A stretch of DNA of 64,000 bases from an uncultured candidatus Porisulfidus sp. (GTDB lineage: Bacteria; Pseudomonadota; Gammaproteobacteria; Poriferisulfidales; Oxydemutatoraceae), in contig OZ244052.1 in assembly GCA_965215125.1 (NCBI GenBank), positions 1,472,001 through 1,536,000 of the forward strand, given 5' to 3'. How positions within the stretch are numbered: the stretch's first letter is position 1; each line of letters opens with the position of its first letter. The notes beneath the pieces are model-generated. The model had not been told where the DNA came from and did no database searches. It was given only the letters and a program-made list of their open reading frames with translations. The position numbers were made by a program, and so were the translations under genes. Shown here one piece after another: positions 43,001-50,657 of the stretch.

Positions 43001-46000
43001 ACAGTTGAAAATGTCTCAATAATTAAAGCGACATTAGCTAATGAAATCACAAGTAACGACGATATTACAGTTGCTTACACTTTATCGGAACAGGATGCCT
43101 TCCCGGCCAATGCTACTTGCGAAGCTAGCTTGACCAGCAATATAGACAACGATGCTCGTGTAGACATAGTTGATAATAACCCATTTGATGCAACCGACTT
43201 GGCAGTGAACACAAATGTTGCAGCAACCGGGCCTGCAACACCGCACAACATAGAAAGAGATACCTTCTACAGCCGTGATGTATTGGTGCGTAGCCTGATA
43301 CGAGAGTCATTTACTTATGTAGAAGCAGGCATGAAAAAGCAGTTCACCACACCTATGACCGCAAACGAATATTTCGGTATAGAGCCTAACGACAATACCG
43401 AAGTATTTACCATTGCCTTTGAAGCCGAGGATGCGGATTGTAGAGAGATATTACAGGCTTCTAGAGACTATAACCTGAGCAAAGTTAAGCTAGATGAGTT
43501 TTGTAATATAGGGAACGGTACGATTGATTTTCTCGAGCAACCGATAGAGAGTTTCCTAAGCTATGTATGGGCGGATATTGAGAATGAACGCTTGGCGGGT
43601 GGCAATTACACGACTTACGACATTCGCATACTGGCGGAGATAAACTTCTCGGGACAATCGTCTTATATATATACTAAAGAGACCACAAAAACTGTCGTTG
43701 TCTCAGCTTATAGCGACACCCTCCCAATAGTGATTCAATCCCTTATCAGGAGCCAATCGGACGAAGGCAGAATGTTTGATGATGAACTGTTAACATTCAT
43801 AAATCCGGACCCAACAAATATTAATAGTGGCATTCTTAGCGGCACTTATAATGTGAGTGAATATAGGAAGCATCCGCAACCGGGAGAGACTATTACTCAC
43901 TGGATGAGCACTACCACTGGAGTATGGGCTCCTACCGAAGCGACTTTAGAACCACGGCAAGGAGGTTATAATTTTGGTGGTGATGTATTGAGCGCAGTAG
44001 GTACCGATAACCACATTGATGTTAGAGTAGCAAGAGACGGCGATAGCGAACCTATCACTAGAATAAACCAGATACTGCTATACGATGTTGCCGGACCGTC
44101 GCCGATAAGAGTCAACTCTATGGTTGCAGACCGCGATTATTATGTGATAGCGGACGTGACTACAAATGAATCGGATGTACAAGCTGTAGTGGCAACTCAA
44201 TTTATAGATGGATATACCGAGATCATAACGACGAGCACAACGATTGATCGCATCCAAAGCGCAGGACACTTGATTGAACAGGAGGATTTTGAAGTTATTG
44301 CGCTAAGTGTAGAAGACAATTTTACAACTACGGGAACGATTACCGTAGGGTGGGACAGCATAAATAGTGCGCAGAATGTTATTGCAACCTATCTTGTAAC
44401 ACCTACGCCACCGAGCAATTATGCGTTTTCAGATAGTGACGGCGACCGTATCCATGATGCTGTTGATTTTGCGCCTGGCGACAACACAAGATTACAAGTT
44501 GCCGTCGGAGGTGTTATACAGGGTAATATTGATTATTTAAGAGCGCATAATGATGGGCAACCGCTGTATGCCTCCGATGAAGTACTGATTATAGCTGCCG
44601 GTAGCAACAATCGTTTAGATTATTCGGTAGCAAATATAAGTACCGCAACGGCAGTTGGTTTGGAATTGGACGATGTTGAGGGTGGCAACACAATAAATAC
44701 AATCGCAACATTCGGTATCCGTTCGGTAGATTATGCTTATACTCAAGATGATCCTCAAAGCGATGCTGTAGCGGAAGGCGGTATGGCACATGTGACTTTC
44801 CCGATACCGGCAGGTATCCTCAATGAGGTTCAATATATCAGTCAGTATAATTCGGAGTCCGAGCGATGGGGGCGTTTTGAAAGAGGTACTAATAGAGGCG
44901 GCTTTGCAGATACCTGGTATGTGATAGATAGACCGAGTGGAGAAGCATGTCCGAGGGATATTCAGCTATATAAGAATGTGCATCAAGCCACCGGAGACAG
45001 CGACATGGGCTTTACGGCAAATACGCCGAGGTGCATAATGTTGTCAATTACCGACGGAGGTCCTTACGATGGAGGTTCTATGGGTCAGGGAGTTGCAGAT
45101 GACGAGCGCGGTGCAGATGGAAGAATCAATAGTCTAATAGGTATAGGAACGCAACTAAACCCCCCCTCGCCAAGTTTCGAGTGTGCGGCTATCTATCCTA
45201 ATATAGGCCAAACCGAATTGTTCTTTGAAATAGAAGGGATTCCAACCGGTGGCACGTTTGAAATAAGCGGTGCTACTATACAAGACTTTAGTTTTGTTCC
45301 CGTGATCAAAGTAACATTAAGGGAAGAGATTACAGATCGTATGCTTTTGGTGAATTATACGACAGCTAACGGCGAGGTCAACGCAACAATGTGTATGGCT
45401 AGCCTGACGAAAGACAGCGACCTTGACGGTGTGATAGACATAGCCGATGCTTCACCGTTTGATCCAACTGATGCCACGCGAAATCCAGACACTACTACGC
45501 AAACGCAAACTACCACGCTTGCCGAGGTGAACGAATGGTATAGCCGTGATGTGGTGATACGCAGCCTGCTAAGAGACGAAGAATTTGATTTTATAGAAGA
45601 AGTGGTAAATGGCGAAGATATCGGAGGAACATTTACTGGAACATTTACTGCGCATATGGCAATGAATTGGGAAGCATATTTTGGTATAAATGCTAACGCT
45701 AACACCCAAATATTCAGAATCGACAGTGGCTCGGAATGTGATCTCATATTAGCAGCTGCTAAGGATAATAATCTAAATGCAGTGAATATAGATGAGTTTG
45801 ACAGTTGCGATGAAAGAGTGATCGACTTTGCTACCGAACCGGTTACTCCGAGTGGCAGCCAGCGATATGTTTGGGCAGATGTTAGGGATGGGCGACTCGT
45901 AGCAAGCGACTACCCCGATTATAATCTGAAGATAGTACCTGAAATAAACTTCTCGGGACAACCCACCTATATATTCCCCGAACCCACTACCAGAACGGTA

Positions 46001-47635
46001 CTTATTTCGGCTTATATCGGCAATGATTCGAATGCACCTACACCGTTGGTCAGAGTCAGAGCTCAATCTCGACTTGATGGCTATGATGAAGATGACATCG
46101 AAGTATTGCGAACTGTTTCTCAAGGAACAATTAGCTATGACTACGATATAACTTCTCACGGAGAGCACCCTGAACCGGGAGAAACCATTGTTCGCTGGTT
46201 AGCTCCTGCACGTGGAACATGGGCTCCTACCAGCACCACATTGGCGGTACGCTCGGGTGGATACAATCTTAGGGACATCAACTATGCGATAGGTGTTGAT
46301 AACCATATCAATGTTAGAGTGGCGGATCCTGAAGATGAAGAGGTTACTCGTATACGCCAGATATTGCTATACGAGAACGCTCAAGGTGGGCTTGAGAGAG
46401 TTACATCTGTAATAGCAGGCACAAGCTACTATGTCGTTGCCGATTATGATACGAATACAAGCGATGGCATAAGTGCAGATGATATAGAAGTTAGTGAAGG
46501 TTTAGCAGAAAACTCTCCCTATACAATAATAAGTACGGCTACCGAAGTTGCTTTGATGAGTGTGCGTACCGCAGGAGATCTTAAAGGAAGCTATTTGGAT
46601 ATTATAGAAATTATGACAGGTAGCATTACCGATACGGGTATAATCACTGTCGGTTGGGATAATATCGGTGCTGTAGAAGACATAAGAGCAACTTATCTAA
46701 TAACAGGTGCCGAACCATCAACTTATAGGATTGCAGATTCCACAGAAGACCTATTTACAGATGGTACTATGTTCACCACCACACGAACTGCTCTACCTGT
46801 TGCTATAGGGAACGAACCACTAAGCGATAATCATATTTTAACAACCCATGATGGACAATTACCGGTATTCTTTACTCATGTAGGTATTGCAATAGCCGAA
46901 GCTAGAAATGCTGAAGTCGGTGTAATGGGTCTTCATTATTCGGCATCAAATATTAAATATGACGATATAAGCACGGATACTAGAACACTGCTCCAGCTTC
47001 AAGGCAGAAATGATGATTTGATAGAATCAATTGCAACATTCGGTATTTCCGATGTGGCGTATGGTTTCAACTTGAATGAAGACGGACTAACCGAGGTGAT
47101 AGGAGGTGCCGTCTATGTGACATTCCCGATAACAGTAGATGTTTCCACCTCAATGGCCGACGACAATATCCGATATCTCGCGAAACACAATAATAGGGAC
47201 GATACCCCACGCTGGGAAAATTTTGAAAGAGATGATGGTGGAAATACTTGGTATGCTATAGAACGCACGAATATCGGAGTAGCATGTCCGACGGATATAC
47301 AGGTATATATAAACGAACATGAGCCTGCCGGAAACCAGGATATGGGCTTCACGGCAAGTGCAAATAATTGTATTATGTTGGTTATCATTGACGGCGATGC
47401 TTATGATGCAAGTAGTTTAGACAGCAGAGTCATTGACCCGGTTGGCATAACAACTGCCCAAATACCTGAACCCGAGGAACCTGTGGAACCTGTGGAACCC
47501 GAGGAACCTGCGGAACGTCGTAGAGGTGGTGGCGGTGGTGCCGTCGGTATTAGTGATGCTCTACTGTTAATAGGAGCAATTACACTGCTACTAATTGCAA
47601 TAGCCGGGCGTCGTCGCAAAACACCACCAATTTAA
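34013..47635 (+). CDS. Giant (4540 aa) surface protein/adhesin with Ig-like repeats, duplicated C-terminal module and GlyGly-CTERM anchor
   Basis: Signal peptide; about 17 repeats of RDTT.P.ITV...SY.LLR...GFTLA...D.SGN; two ~770-aa modules; a PE linker; and the tail GGGGGAVG-TM-RRRK. Confidence 0.9.
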   Translation: MNKILFVISLLLFAITNISAQTLTLPQSRFTSSLANNNRTFPSDDGFLHFRFEPGETEIVTQDIGGVATKRLKFTVQARVLSTTDIPMSYVVGFLRIDYSTDAFGDLLDPPLTRAGRVNPAGKCSVGRSAIFETEGTASYTLGIQATDNNTMLVEETSTAFSNPSAEAEAFGFLTNQFKPYITLTCTIVNDTMDANISINGSNASGNSIRRDYPDPQDFSAPAANQRSILPIADNDIRGFRLDGKTWVEDYVRYENGRGVRLKFSKGIRTELTKDHFSIESVSLDDSAISTVTHVVGTPYVEIDFNQVVGTNFDVNNIATDILRISTDTIVDMDGNNLADGNFAAALYYDAAAPKVTEIIPNEDGDEFTLTFSSAIAPNTVTKESLCVTEPNGICVAEETTPTVPILSVTTHGDMPTTLTVVVAQPERAKVGGTRSIEFRRNAVLGDFSITGPLRTVEDYQTVLRDALMLQDTIGPEITVARVTAGGNLASGNLTPSSGDYTMYFRVTADEDVPELSTTAAYQLEDSNGDLVNATAAIQTVVTQNRDVILQYTVEVGNTPANATYFTLARSSTNPADLQDASGNDPIIPGSIDDDNPTGIEIAAGAEITADASARAPRDTTAPSITVDMATVVPSNNGLTYNVTFELSSNEAIPNIGNESSYTVTRDGGSAPSGSARIVSVNANAATTGATVIYTAQFGNNQYNAVRPVRGWRLDFVSGELLDQDGNQARFPDAAARTAERDDDSPIITIEGNPTLTVVPGIGGNSTVTVSFVVASDEDVPTLDEAASYSLRRYSDRAGNNALSFSGETITVMGNDRQAMFTAVIPLSQSQLRETAAFGLNRALGDTRLLDTSGNPPNISPGFGIDDNKFALRETDGAVVTVVRVDNVPTDNDVEARPDDNNGNRYAIGFTITNTEHDTKPISDLADPNSYMILRRSGTSNTTDVTVMSSGVTDGVNSVVLNFNVTINNQDDTEMTNGFVLARANDPNALLDSNGNALRFGSVTPVTIGVGEAISSAGTAVARRDTTKPNLTVSPGEAETSDGNIYTVRFTVTPSEENVRGISTTTSYSLLVAEEENQVMTGFRTATSISPMSITENSGSQVVTYTVNIATLQAGRPVTFPYGLMLGRANDGLRDLSNNDPIQTATNGSRTNTEVANGQPLQSGQVVLLDRVSPSITVTANSIAPVPANPGRYTMSFTTTATEDVRNIGNASSYRLMRVETDDTWGAASLTASQDSVTVNDNEVGGLGTSATFTYTITFTGNVATRLANIRGTRGFTLALVSGPNQINLQDVATNLPVKSNGDNIYDTDGTTLLNDGIIAPISGGVIASSAVAARDTTGPALTVTSGNATPATPTTYTGSFNIAATENIRGINDEALYSLLRIPLVSGTTNPDNANAVVETDATITVTSGTNLSQSATINFTATLDNVAQARGTYGFTLARASDGLRDIWDNAVTVVSGQQNRLTAGNGAVANRDIASPRITITATTSATAVSLDIYEMDFTISSNEDVASIGDSASYQVVRVLNDNTTTTAINSSMEPIQINTANRNVTIPVRIDLSEVSRAQIMQTRGFTLLRANNSLIDSSGNLPVKRDGSTDIANNGIIGPITAGRIDDLALALREQAPPVITVTPEPGGAVVTSGQIRRYTGAFLVTSSEPTRGINMDDSYQLMRVLRNNNREIFTGESVDLSVQNDVRNVASESQVITFVAIFSDTTNVRTVIRDTLGFTLARSNDPNDLIDNAGNAAASPNAPLDTDSTAVAMINKDQPRFTVTANTGANPDPVNGNQYTAGFTVAADQNIVGIGSESSYVVLRSSTPTSLGLVPIDSSLYNIRRTSVGSVDGTTATFEITVTYTGIADTQGTAGFTLGLAGDGDECNLCDNRSNLPARSDGTTINEDMSIDDRPAAVAERDTVPPFINVISGITEGGADVAGGGWRLSFKMDGFSSDDIQGLDNPASYRILGKNFDGSYTILPSASNPYTFPSVTGRVPCSDTEVAAIQQFLETGLSNCRVITTRDTTRLDIPASQARNIESFVLGRAPGALRDRSNNDPVVANDSQTSPRIVGTGPDGDGRTVLPLDLIGYEFTLDRNSPSITVRPEDLSRRGNSISGAFAVSSSDIIDEIRNPSSYVLLRVATGGSTTTVINNAITGSGSGDARSATIRFSITDNTPNLAVNFQYTLGRLANLSDKAGNPLVYAGTTDMVSTNTRIDRSTTALADIPAEDTMNPIVTLEATTPQANPDENNELRFTGAFVVNSDEEIPAIGQSGSYQLLRVLSGNATTTTGIANVSFTFSNGTTSSVTINFAVTLAGITQVQATTGFTLEPTANFVDGGGNGPLNNEFIANADDDPTVAMREDDSPRLSALAQTGQQPTFASGPRVMTPAFRVNVESPVETIRGINQPNSYQILRLVGTADSQTVEPFNGTEVVSIGSSNADGQLVSVTVTFDNIQDARNTYGFALARRGNLRDLSGNDPLSTAADGTTGTAVELSSRIDLRDSAVWVRTDRTQPNITVVAQGPEGQEAQPVSSNPVVYTGSFRISSGDVIRNINSPSAYQLLRQTMGGSLSNIDATISVSNLAGTPSAGFTAATVAFRTTLTAPILRATGSSATAGFILANASTDISGLHDIAGNLPVTDNADSLSNTEASIAARDTTPPTITVVALGQGAMPARNNPLVYTGSFRVSSTPTEAIRNLNRPASYNLLLITNAGAIRPFSASSTTITVGATTFAPIGIPTAATVNFEASLSESIVTATGNDAIMGFTLASATSTGLDGLRDIASNEPVLFSERRLSNQSEAIAEIEMDAPVITVIAEGEEAQPDPDNPLVYRGTFVVTAPVDDPVRNLNDPAVYRLLRLTTAGVINGIASTLTISSFVESATPAYYTSATVMFETVLANTDQLENTAGFTLGENRVSGLGGLQDNAGNRPRNTPPLRRLDSADTAIARIQVTRIECAAFYRDIGQNELFFRVQSEDALNLAGLQLTQSGSSLAIDGPVEQIGTTPSTVENVSIIKATLANEITSNDDITVAYTLSEQDAFPANATCEASLTSNIDNDARVDIVDNNPFDATDLAVNTNVAATGPATPHNIERDTFYSRDVLVRSLIRESFTYVEAGMKKQFTTPMTANEYFGIEPNDNTEVFTIAFEAEDADCREILQASRDYNLSKVKLDEFCNIGNGTIDFLEQPIESFLSYVWADIENERLAGGNYTTYDIRILAEINFSGQSSYIYTKETTKTVVVSAYSDTLPIVIQSLIRSQSDEGRMFDDELLTFINPDPTNINSGILSGTYNVSEYRKHPQPGETITHWMSTTTGVWAPTEATLEPRQGGYNFGGDVLSAVGTDNHIDVRVARDGDSEPITRINQILLYDVAGPSPIRVNSMVADRDYYVIADVTTNESDVQAVVATQFIDGYTEIITTSTTIDRIQSAGHLIEQEDFEVIALSVEDNFTTTGTITVGWDSINSAQNVIATYLVTPTPPSNYAFSDSDGDRIHDAVDFAPGDNTRLQVAVGGVIQGNIDYLRAHNDGQPLYASDEVLIIAAGSNNRLDYSVANISTATAVGLELDDVEGGNTINTIATFGIRSVDYAYTQDDPQSDAVAEGGMAHVTFPIPAGILNEVQYISQYNSESERWGRFERGTNRGGFADTWYVIDRPSGEACPRDIQLYKNVHQATGDSDMGFTANTPRCIMLSITDGGPYDGGSMGQGVADDERGADGRINSLIGIGTQLNPPSPSFECAAIYPNIGQTELFFEIEGIPTGGTFEISGATIQDFSFVPVIKVTLREEITDRMLLVNYTTANGEVNATMCMASLTKDSDLDGVIDIADASPFDPTDATRNPDTTTQTQTTTLAEVNEWYSRDVVIRSLLRDEEFDFIEEVVNGEDIGGTFTGTFTAHMAMNWEAYFGINANANTQIFRIDSGSECDLILAAAKDNNLNAVNIDEFDSCDERVIDFATEPVTPSGSQRYVWADVRDGRLVASDYPDYNLKIVPEINFSGQPTYIFPEPTTRTVLISAYIGNDSNAPTPLVRVRAQSRLDGYDEDDIEVLRTVSQGTISYDYDITSHGEHPEPGETIVRWLAPARGTWAPTSTTLAVRSGGYNLRDINYAIGVDNHINVRVADPEDEEVTRIRQILLYENAQGGLERVTSVIAGTSYYVVADYDTNTSDGISADDIEVSEGLAENSPYTIISTATEVALMSVRTAGDLKGSYLDIIEIMTGSITDTGIITVGWDNIGAVEDIRATYLITGAEPSTYRIADSTEDLFTDGTMFTTTRTALPVAIGNEPLSDNHILTTHDGQLPVFFTHVGIAIAEARNAEVGVMGLHYSASNIKYDDISTDTRTLLQLQGRNDDLIESIATFGISDVAYGFNLNEDGLTEVIGGAVYVTFPITVDVSTSMADDNIRYLAKHNNRDDTPRWENFERDDGGNTWYAIERTNIGVACPTDIQVYINEHEPAGNQDMGFTASANNCIMLVIIDGDAYDASSLDSRVIDPVGITTAQIPEPEEPVEPVEPEEPAERRRGGGGGAVGISDALLLIGAITLLLIAIAGRRRKTPPI

Positions 47636-47650
47636 TTTCCTAAACCACTT

Positions 47651-47920
47651 GTAAGGGCGGATATTACATTTTGTAATGTACGAATCTAGCAATCGCGTTA
47701 AGGAGGGCTGTTGAAAAACTATACACAAACTGTAGGGACGGTACATTCCCCTCCTTTGGAGGGGTGGCAGGCTTCGCCTGACAGGGTGGTTGTCAAATAT
47801 GGAAACCATCATCGGGTGGCGCAAAGCGATTGGATTTGTGCAAGTATTAAACTTTGGGGTAAATCATAGTTGCCGATTGACCTACCGGTTCAATCGGCGA
47901 TTATGATTTGCCCGCCCTTA
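47651..47920 (+). repeat. Multi-level nested palindromic repeat mosaic (C-like arms enclosing B ends enclosing A at 47745-47791)
   Basis: Outer inverted repeat TAAGGGCGG/CCGCCCTTA, a TACATT-TTGT-AATGTA hairpin, an intact A, and a 24-bp-stem hairpin at 47857-47913. Confidence 0.8.
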
Positions 47921-48015
47921 AGTACCGTTTTTGTACGACCTAACCGCTTCGCCCCACAATTCCACAAACCGCCCGGCGAACGAATATCTGAACCGTATGA
48001 TTTATAGTAGCTTTA

Positions 48016-48612
48016 ATGTTTACTTCCAAACTTTATAACTATTATTATGTAGCGTTGCTTACTCTTGCTGCGATTATCTGCACATACTATCAAGAACTCT
48101 TCATATATCAAAAGCAGTTACTGGAACAAGGGCAATTATGGCGTTTATTTAGCGGCCATTTTGTACATCTAAACGATAAACATCTCATATTAAACTTGAT
48201 TGCTTGGATTATTATTTTCTTTTTAGGTCTCAATTATCTATCACTTTTAAGATGGGTTGTTTTATTGTTTATATTGACATTATCAATCTCGGTGAGCTTA
48301 TATCACTTTGCTTCTGATATCTTATATTACGGTGGATTATCGGGTGTTTTACATGGTTACTTTGCTTATATCCTAGTGGAATGGATCAAAAACAAACAGA
48401 AGTTTGCGTGGATTATTTTGTTATTATTGATCGCAAAAACACTAATAGAAAACTTCTCGGATATAGGGTCTTCTACAGCCGAATATCTAGATCTCCGAGT
48501 TGTCACGGAAGTACATCTAATAGGCGTTTTTACTGGTATTCTCGTTGCACTATTAACTTTACATCGGGAGAGGAAATTCAAGCAATCAAGCAATTTCGGC
48601 ATTAATATTTGA
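48016..48612 (+). CDS. Rhombosortase (rhomboid protease for GlyGly-CTERM proteins)
   Basis: Motifs GQLWRLFSGHFVH...HL.LN, Y.GLSGVLHG and catalytic His in VVTEVHLIG; next gene after the GlyGly-CTERM protein. Confidence 0.9.
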   Translation: MFTSKLYNYYYVALLTLAAIICTYYQELFIYQKQLLEQGQLWRLFSGHFVHLNDKHLILNLIAWIIIFFLGLNYLSLLRWVVLLFILTLSISVSLYHFASDILYYGGLSGVLHGYFAYILVEWIKNKQKFAWIILLLLIAKTLIENFSDIGSSTAEYLDLRVVTEVHLIGVFTGILVALLTLHRERKFKQSSNFGINI

Positions 48613-48741
48613 AAAAACAAATGGATATACAAGTACTCCGATATGTTTTCTTAACTAAAATTTGCTAGCCCGATATTACTTTATAACCCCCCTTTGACTA
48701 TAAAACGGGTATAATACCCTCTTATAATTTATTAGGAGGAC

Positions 48742-49257
48742 TTGATAATGGCCACTATCTCTTTACAAGGTAACGAAATACACACGAGCGGTAAGATACC
48801 CGCAGTCGGCACACAAGCACCGGATTTCTTATTGGTGAATAAGGATTTAGAAGATATTTCTCTCTCCAACTTTAAGGGCAAGAAAAAACTAATATCCATA
48901 GTTCCTAGTTTGGATACACCGGTTTGTGCGACTTCCACTAAGAAATTTAACCAAGCTATGGGTGAACTCGAAGACAGTGTCTGTATAGTTGTGTCTGCCG
49001 ACCTACCTTTTGCGATGTCGCGTTTTTGTGATGCTGAATCACAAGCAAATATTATGCCACTTTCTATGATGCGCTCTAGAAGTTTTGCCAAAGATTACGG
49101 TGTTCTGATTGAAGACGGCCCTTTAGCAGGCATTACGGCGAGGGCAGTGGTAGTGCTAGATAAAGCCGATATAGTTCAACATGCAGAATTAGTCGATGAA
49201 ATCAGCAACGAACCCGACTACGACAAAGCACTACAAACCCTTAAAGAAGACTCGTAG
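48742..49257 (+). CDS. tpx: Thiol peroxidase Tpx
   Basis: Motifs VPSLDTPVCA, SADLPFA.SRFC and EPDY. Confidence 0.96.
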   Translation: MIMATISLQGNEIHTSGKIPAVGTQAPDFLLVNKDLEDISLSNFKGKKKLISIVPSLDTPVCATSTKKFNQAMGELEDSVCIVVSADLPFAMSRFCDAESQANIMPLSMMRSRSFAKDYGVLIEDGPLAGITARAVVVLDKADIVQHAELVDEISNEPDYDKALQTLKEDS

Positions 49258-49270
49258 AAAGAGATCATTC

Positions 49271-49440
49271 GGGGCAGTTCTATTGGCCTGCCACCCCGGC
49301 ACAGGGGGGAATAGACCACCCCATGAAAAGGCTTTGCATTTTGTAATATGTATCAAGACTCTGGACAACGTTACGCCGATTGACCTGCTGGTTCAATCGG
49401 CGGTTCTATTGCGCCTGCCACCCCTGCACAGGAGAGGGAT
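49271..49440 (-). repeat. Tandem reverse module A copies, the second interrupted by a 77-bp B (49334-49410)
   Basis: GCCTGCCACCCC...GGGGGGAAT, then GACCACCCCATGAAAAGGCT-[TTGCATTTTG...GGTTCTATT]-GCGCCTGCCACCCCT. Confidence 0.85.
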
Positions 49441-49484
49441 ATCCGCCCCCTAAATATATCGGTTGTGTCGGGGTTGTTTAAGCA

Positions 49485-50657
49485 TCAGCCGATACTTCCT
49501 GCTCGGCGTATGAAGAAATTCTTTAATGTCGGCATTTGGTTGACTAATCGCAATCCGTTGGCTCGCATATAGGTGCATAAAGGCGAGTGATCGGAAAATA
49601 GCCACAGCAAGTTTTCCAATCCGATTTTCATACATTGATTATTGCCTTTGACCATGCGTTGATAGCGACGCAATAAAGGATAGTTCGGTTTCATAGAAGG
49701 GCTGTTATCCAGCAAGCTCAACAGCACATTCAGATCTGCGAAGCCTAGGTTTGCACCTTGCCCCGCTAAAGGATGAATGTTATGCGCTGCATCTCCTATC
49801 AACAACATACCCGGTGCAACATACTGATCAACATGGCCGCCACGAAGTTCAAAAGCACAGACTTCGCTCATCGCCGATAAAGCCCCGAAGTGCCCCTCCA
49901 TTTCTTGACTTGTTCTACTAATCAATTCTTCCGTGTCTAGTTCGGCAATTCGGTGCGCCAGCGCATTCGGGCACGACCATACGACGGCGCAGATCCGATC
50001 CGCTAACGGCAGAAACGCCAGCACTCCGTTGCCGGAGAAACGTTGCCATCCGGTAAATTGATGATTTTCGGTGGTGCGCACTATATAAGCGAAAGCGGTT
50101 TGGCGATAATCCTGAACCGACCATCGTACGTTCATCAATCGGCGTACTTGCGACCGCACTCCGTCGGCACCGATTATCAATGAAAACTGCCGATGTTCAT
50201 TATCATCACCGTTTAATTTTGCATCCAATACGCCGTCTTTTGATATATGTGCCGAAGCTATTTGCATATTGTCGTACTGAATAGAATTCAGTTGCTCTAT
50301 GCGTTGCCACAAGGCATTTATCAAGTATTTATGCTCGACGATGATGCCCAAACGTGGCGCACCGATGTCGCCGGCATCAAAATGTATACGACCACCACCG
50401 GCATCCCATACTTCTAAGGCTTCAAAATTTGAGTAGCGTGTAATAAGCGGCATCACTTGTGCCGCTTCTAAGAGAGCGACCGAGGCTTGACTCAGCGCAT
50501 AAGTACGCGCGTCGTAATGTCGTATATCGAAATCAGGTTTTTCGGGTCGCTTGGCAAATAGCTGTACTTTGATATTGCGCTGTGCTAAACAGATGGCACA
50601 ACTTAAACCGATAACACCGCCGCCTACCACGGCAACAGGTTGATCAAATTTTTGCAT
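49485..50657 (-). CDS. ubiI: Ubiquinone biosynthesis FAD hydroxylase, UbiI/VisC-type
   Basis: Motifs VGGG.IG, GADG.RS and GDAAH.IHPLAGQG.NLG; downstream of ubiH. Paralog assignment rests on synteny. Confidence 0.75.
   Translation of the reverse strand: MQKFDQPVAVVGGGVIGLSCAICLAQRNIKVQLFAKRPEKPDFDIRHYDARTYALSQASVALLEAAQVMPLITRYSNFEALEVWDAGGGRIHFDAGDIGAPRLGIIVEHKYLINALWQRIEQLNSIQYDNMQIASAHISKDGVLDAKLNGDDNEHRQFSLIIGADGVRSQVRRLMNVRWSVQDYRQTAFAYIVRTTENHQFTGWQRFSGNGVLAFLPLADRICAVVWSCPNALAHRIAELDTEELISRTSQEMEGHFGALSAMSEVCAFELRGGHVDQYVAPGMLLIGDAAHNIHPLAGQGANLGFADLNVLLSLLDNSPSMKPNYPLLRRYQRMVKGNNQCMKIGLENLLWLFSDHSPLCTYMRANGLRLVNQMPTLKNFFIRRAGSIG

Noticed and set aside
34013-47635. Giant protein as an RTX/T1SS adhesin or autotransporter
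   Set aside because: It has no GGxGxD nonapeptide repeats and no C-terminal beta-barrel. It has a Sec signal and a GlyGly-TM-basic tail instead.
49196-49453. Short ORFs reading through repeats (also 23597, 23642, 47591 and 63083)
   Set aside because: Shared peptides such as LPPLHRRG are translations of module A, not genes.
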